Of a DNA stretch of 56,244 nt, positions 55,901 to 56,244 are shown piece after piece. Origin of the DNA: an uncultured bacterium (GTDB lineage Bacteria; Omnitrophota; Omnitrophia; Omnitrophales; Aquincolibacteriaceae); NCBI GenBank assembly GCA_964562525.1, contig CAZLTL010000015.1:1-56244 (forward strand), given 5' to 3'. The notes beneath the pieces are model-generated. The model was not told the origin of the DNA. It saw nothing but the letters and a program-made list of their open reading frames with translations, and did no database searches. Made by a program: the position numbers and the translations under genes. Positions within the stretch are counted from its first letter, which is position 1. Each line of letters starts with the position of its first letter.

Positions 55901-56244
55901 GAATGGCAACTTAATTAAGGTAACAAGCCATCAGAAAGAAGGGCAGGGTTCTGCAGCAACCTATCAGAAGGTAGTTTCGGAGTATACCTACAGTAATGGT
56001 GAAGCCACGATTGTAACGAGTGAAGTGAATGATGATGGGACGAAGGGTGAGGAGAAGGGGCGGCAAGTTATTGGATTAGGAGCGGATGGCAAGCTGGGTG
56101 GTGGCGATGATTCACTCATAAGTTATGTGGGGGGCGATATCAGCCAAGAGTTTTATGCCGGAACGAACAAGGTCCATTTTGTACGAGGGAAAGATGATAA
56201 CGGAAAAGATTTTGAACAAGAATATGATGAAGACGGAAAGTTGA
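52917..56244 (+). CDS. Large secreted YD/Rhs-like repeat protein (>1109 aa); 3' end runs off the right window edge
   Basis: Absent from the ORF track because it has no stop in the window. The frame with codon starts at 3k is open from the stops at 52890-52895 to the end of the window. Signal-peptide-like LRALSAAVVFFFLSTSLDLHLASA. YD motifs: YTYDSSNRLVSAYN, REYDQLGRLKKIES, QEYDEDGRLIKLTGY and QEYDENGNLIKVTS. TTG at 52917 is the only start-like codon before the hydrophobic segment; the first ATG is at 53067. Confidence 0.8.
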   Translation, partial: MSTKLDPVNRYSFSLRALSAAVVFFFLSTSLDLHLASASLISSAPFQNSAMSDDILYMNDMEGLLGQRDENPLSQNLEATPENAGSLPEQDPALAKESELANVVVNPLSPADGVTMIREDRTVIEGKTVVTWKYSDTTYFSFNEDDKRITAIGDFTNSEFPNEIEKREFKYGANSVTVTTQGLGDRFDVYQTFGMDSNGNLSELLESGYVIDGQPVVMQIYTADTITYYETDAEGSTERVYERNENGTAGRLISFHELTDPNNASYEITYNDVAQTKTVTQNSVDGTFWVYAASDALFANPISVGQGTSRIDLTTHLRFGQSLNVYKLWDTTAAGNSAEAGVAPKNYILRERLENGGMGLIIKVMDEQTELEYVYDQGSATEPATLTILNYKKGTFLKFTPTPGADPKEPSTWISDFEHLMSAGAFDVVGGNPVYKAKLMKQSGVWVLLDANDPLNFSVFEALPNQGMGGLVRLRGPPATGSSERIDHVYDYDPAAKTVRVYDLTNLIYAKYLYNAQGFPVLESSGTFEIDSRYTTPSSFFPYSDERTFANLTVDPNRNLETFYLLAEDSHKKGAFAPSSTWTRGSIVFFNLQNRNVANVTIEADGVMFTFMVDISSQKALLIKQQLKTSQHSTVYTYDSSNRLVSAYNSQTRLKKDFFPGTSTVRFENGFDENNRAFVREYDQLGRLKKIESIRIVMVDGVAQDQPIETIYSYSGNQATVITRKPGPISQSLISAVSSGKGSSRTLGGGGGGSDQDSKRLQDLIEDYSECANMKKNDPKSSANCEDLLAKIKSLEGVLNSPGGGMSLGGGGAEADGASIAVDPNELSRQVIDLGSDGSLGGGDDSLVTYSDPSIEKVNYEGTDKVHFIRGVDENGNAYEQEYDEDGRLIKLTGYQTEISESGVGYRKTVTEYTYSNGEATIVTSEVNGDGTKGEEKSRQVIGLGADGKLGGGDDSLKSYVGGDVSQEFYAGTNKVHFVRGKDENGKDFEQEYDENGNLIKVTSHQKEGQGSAATYQKVVSEYTYSNGEATIVTSEVNDDGTKGEEKGRQVIGLGADGKLGGGDDSLISYVGGDISQEFYAGTNKVHFVRGKDDNGKDFEQEYDEDGKL
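55401..56244 (+). repeat. Tandem 330-bp (110-aa) coding repeats, at least 2.5 copies, truncated by the window edge
   Basis: Units start at 55401 (CGTCAAGTTA), 55731 (CGGCAGGTTA) and 56061 (CGGCAAGTTA). Copies 2 and 3 are near-identical, for example GAGTATACCTACAGTAATGGTGAAGCCACGATTGTAACGAGTGAAGTGAATG. Copy 1 is diverged. Confidence 0.9.

Noticed and set aside
55401-56244. Checked whether the regular repeats here, or at 11793-12002, could be a CRISPR array.
   Set aside because: The repeats are contiguous with no unique spacers, lie in one long open reading frame, and translate to a coherent protein module. No cas genes are present.

Overview
This 56.2-kb window comes from a moderate/low-GC bacterial chromosome with Gram-negative-type envelope genes. 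No taxon can be assigned without a database search. About 50 tightly packed genes are present, and I saw no transposase, integrase, phage gene or CRISPR array. LEFT (1-19 kb): a GH94 glycan-phosphorylase gene on the minus strand runs off the left edge and is missing from the ORF track. It abuts a HATPase-only histidine-kinase remnant. Housekeeping genes follow: miaB, a YibQ-like deacetylase, orn, a HAD hydrolase, pdxH, a GAF histidine kinase, dus, a 720-aa L7/L12-CTD-like/coiled-coil protein, lipA, a lysine-less lipoyl-domain protein, an aminotransferase, murI, queC, queE, rph, rdgB and tRNA-Val(GAC). MIDDLE (19.2-37.9 kb): directly after the tRNA lies a surface-glycan locus. It holds a divergent WaaL/O-antigen-ligase-like gene followed by a ~17-kb co-directional block. 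The block encodes an atypical radical SAM/SPASM protein, a 1057-aa sulfotransferase multidomain protein, a WbpB-WbpD fusion, a WbpE-like aminotransferase, Wzm/Wzt, a methyltransferase, a CE4-like orphan, a 2-epimerase and three glycosyltransferases. RIGHT (38-56 kb): a delta-9-type desaturase, a TIGR04073-like small protein, maf, a deacetylase, prmA, an LplA/LipM-like gene divergent from aceE-aceF-lpdA, a CBS-korA-korB-CBS block, and a >1100-aa secreted YD-repeat protein. This last protein has near-identical 330-bp tandem repeats, runs off the right edge, and is also missing from the ORF track. The best candidate for something undescribed is the radical-SAM/SPASM plus sulfotransferase megaprotein pair at the head of the glycan locus, together with a paralogous CE4-like domain shared with a second orphan gene. 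All family calls rest on motif recognition by eye. No searches or computations were run.
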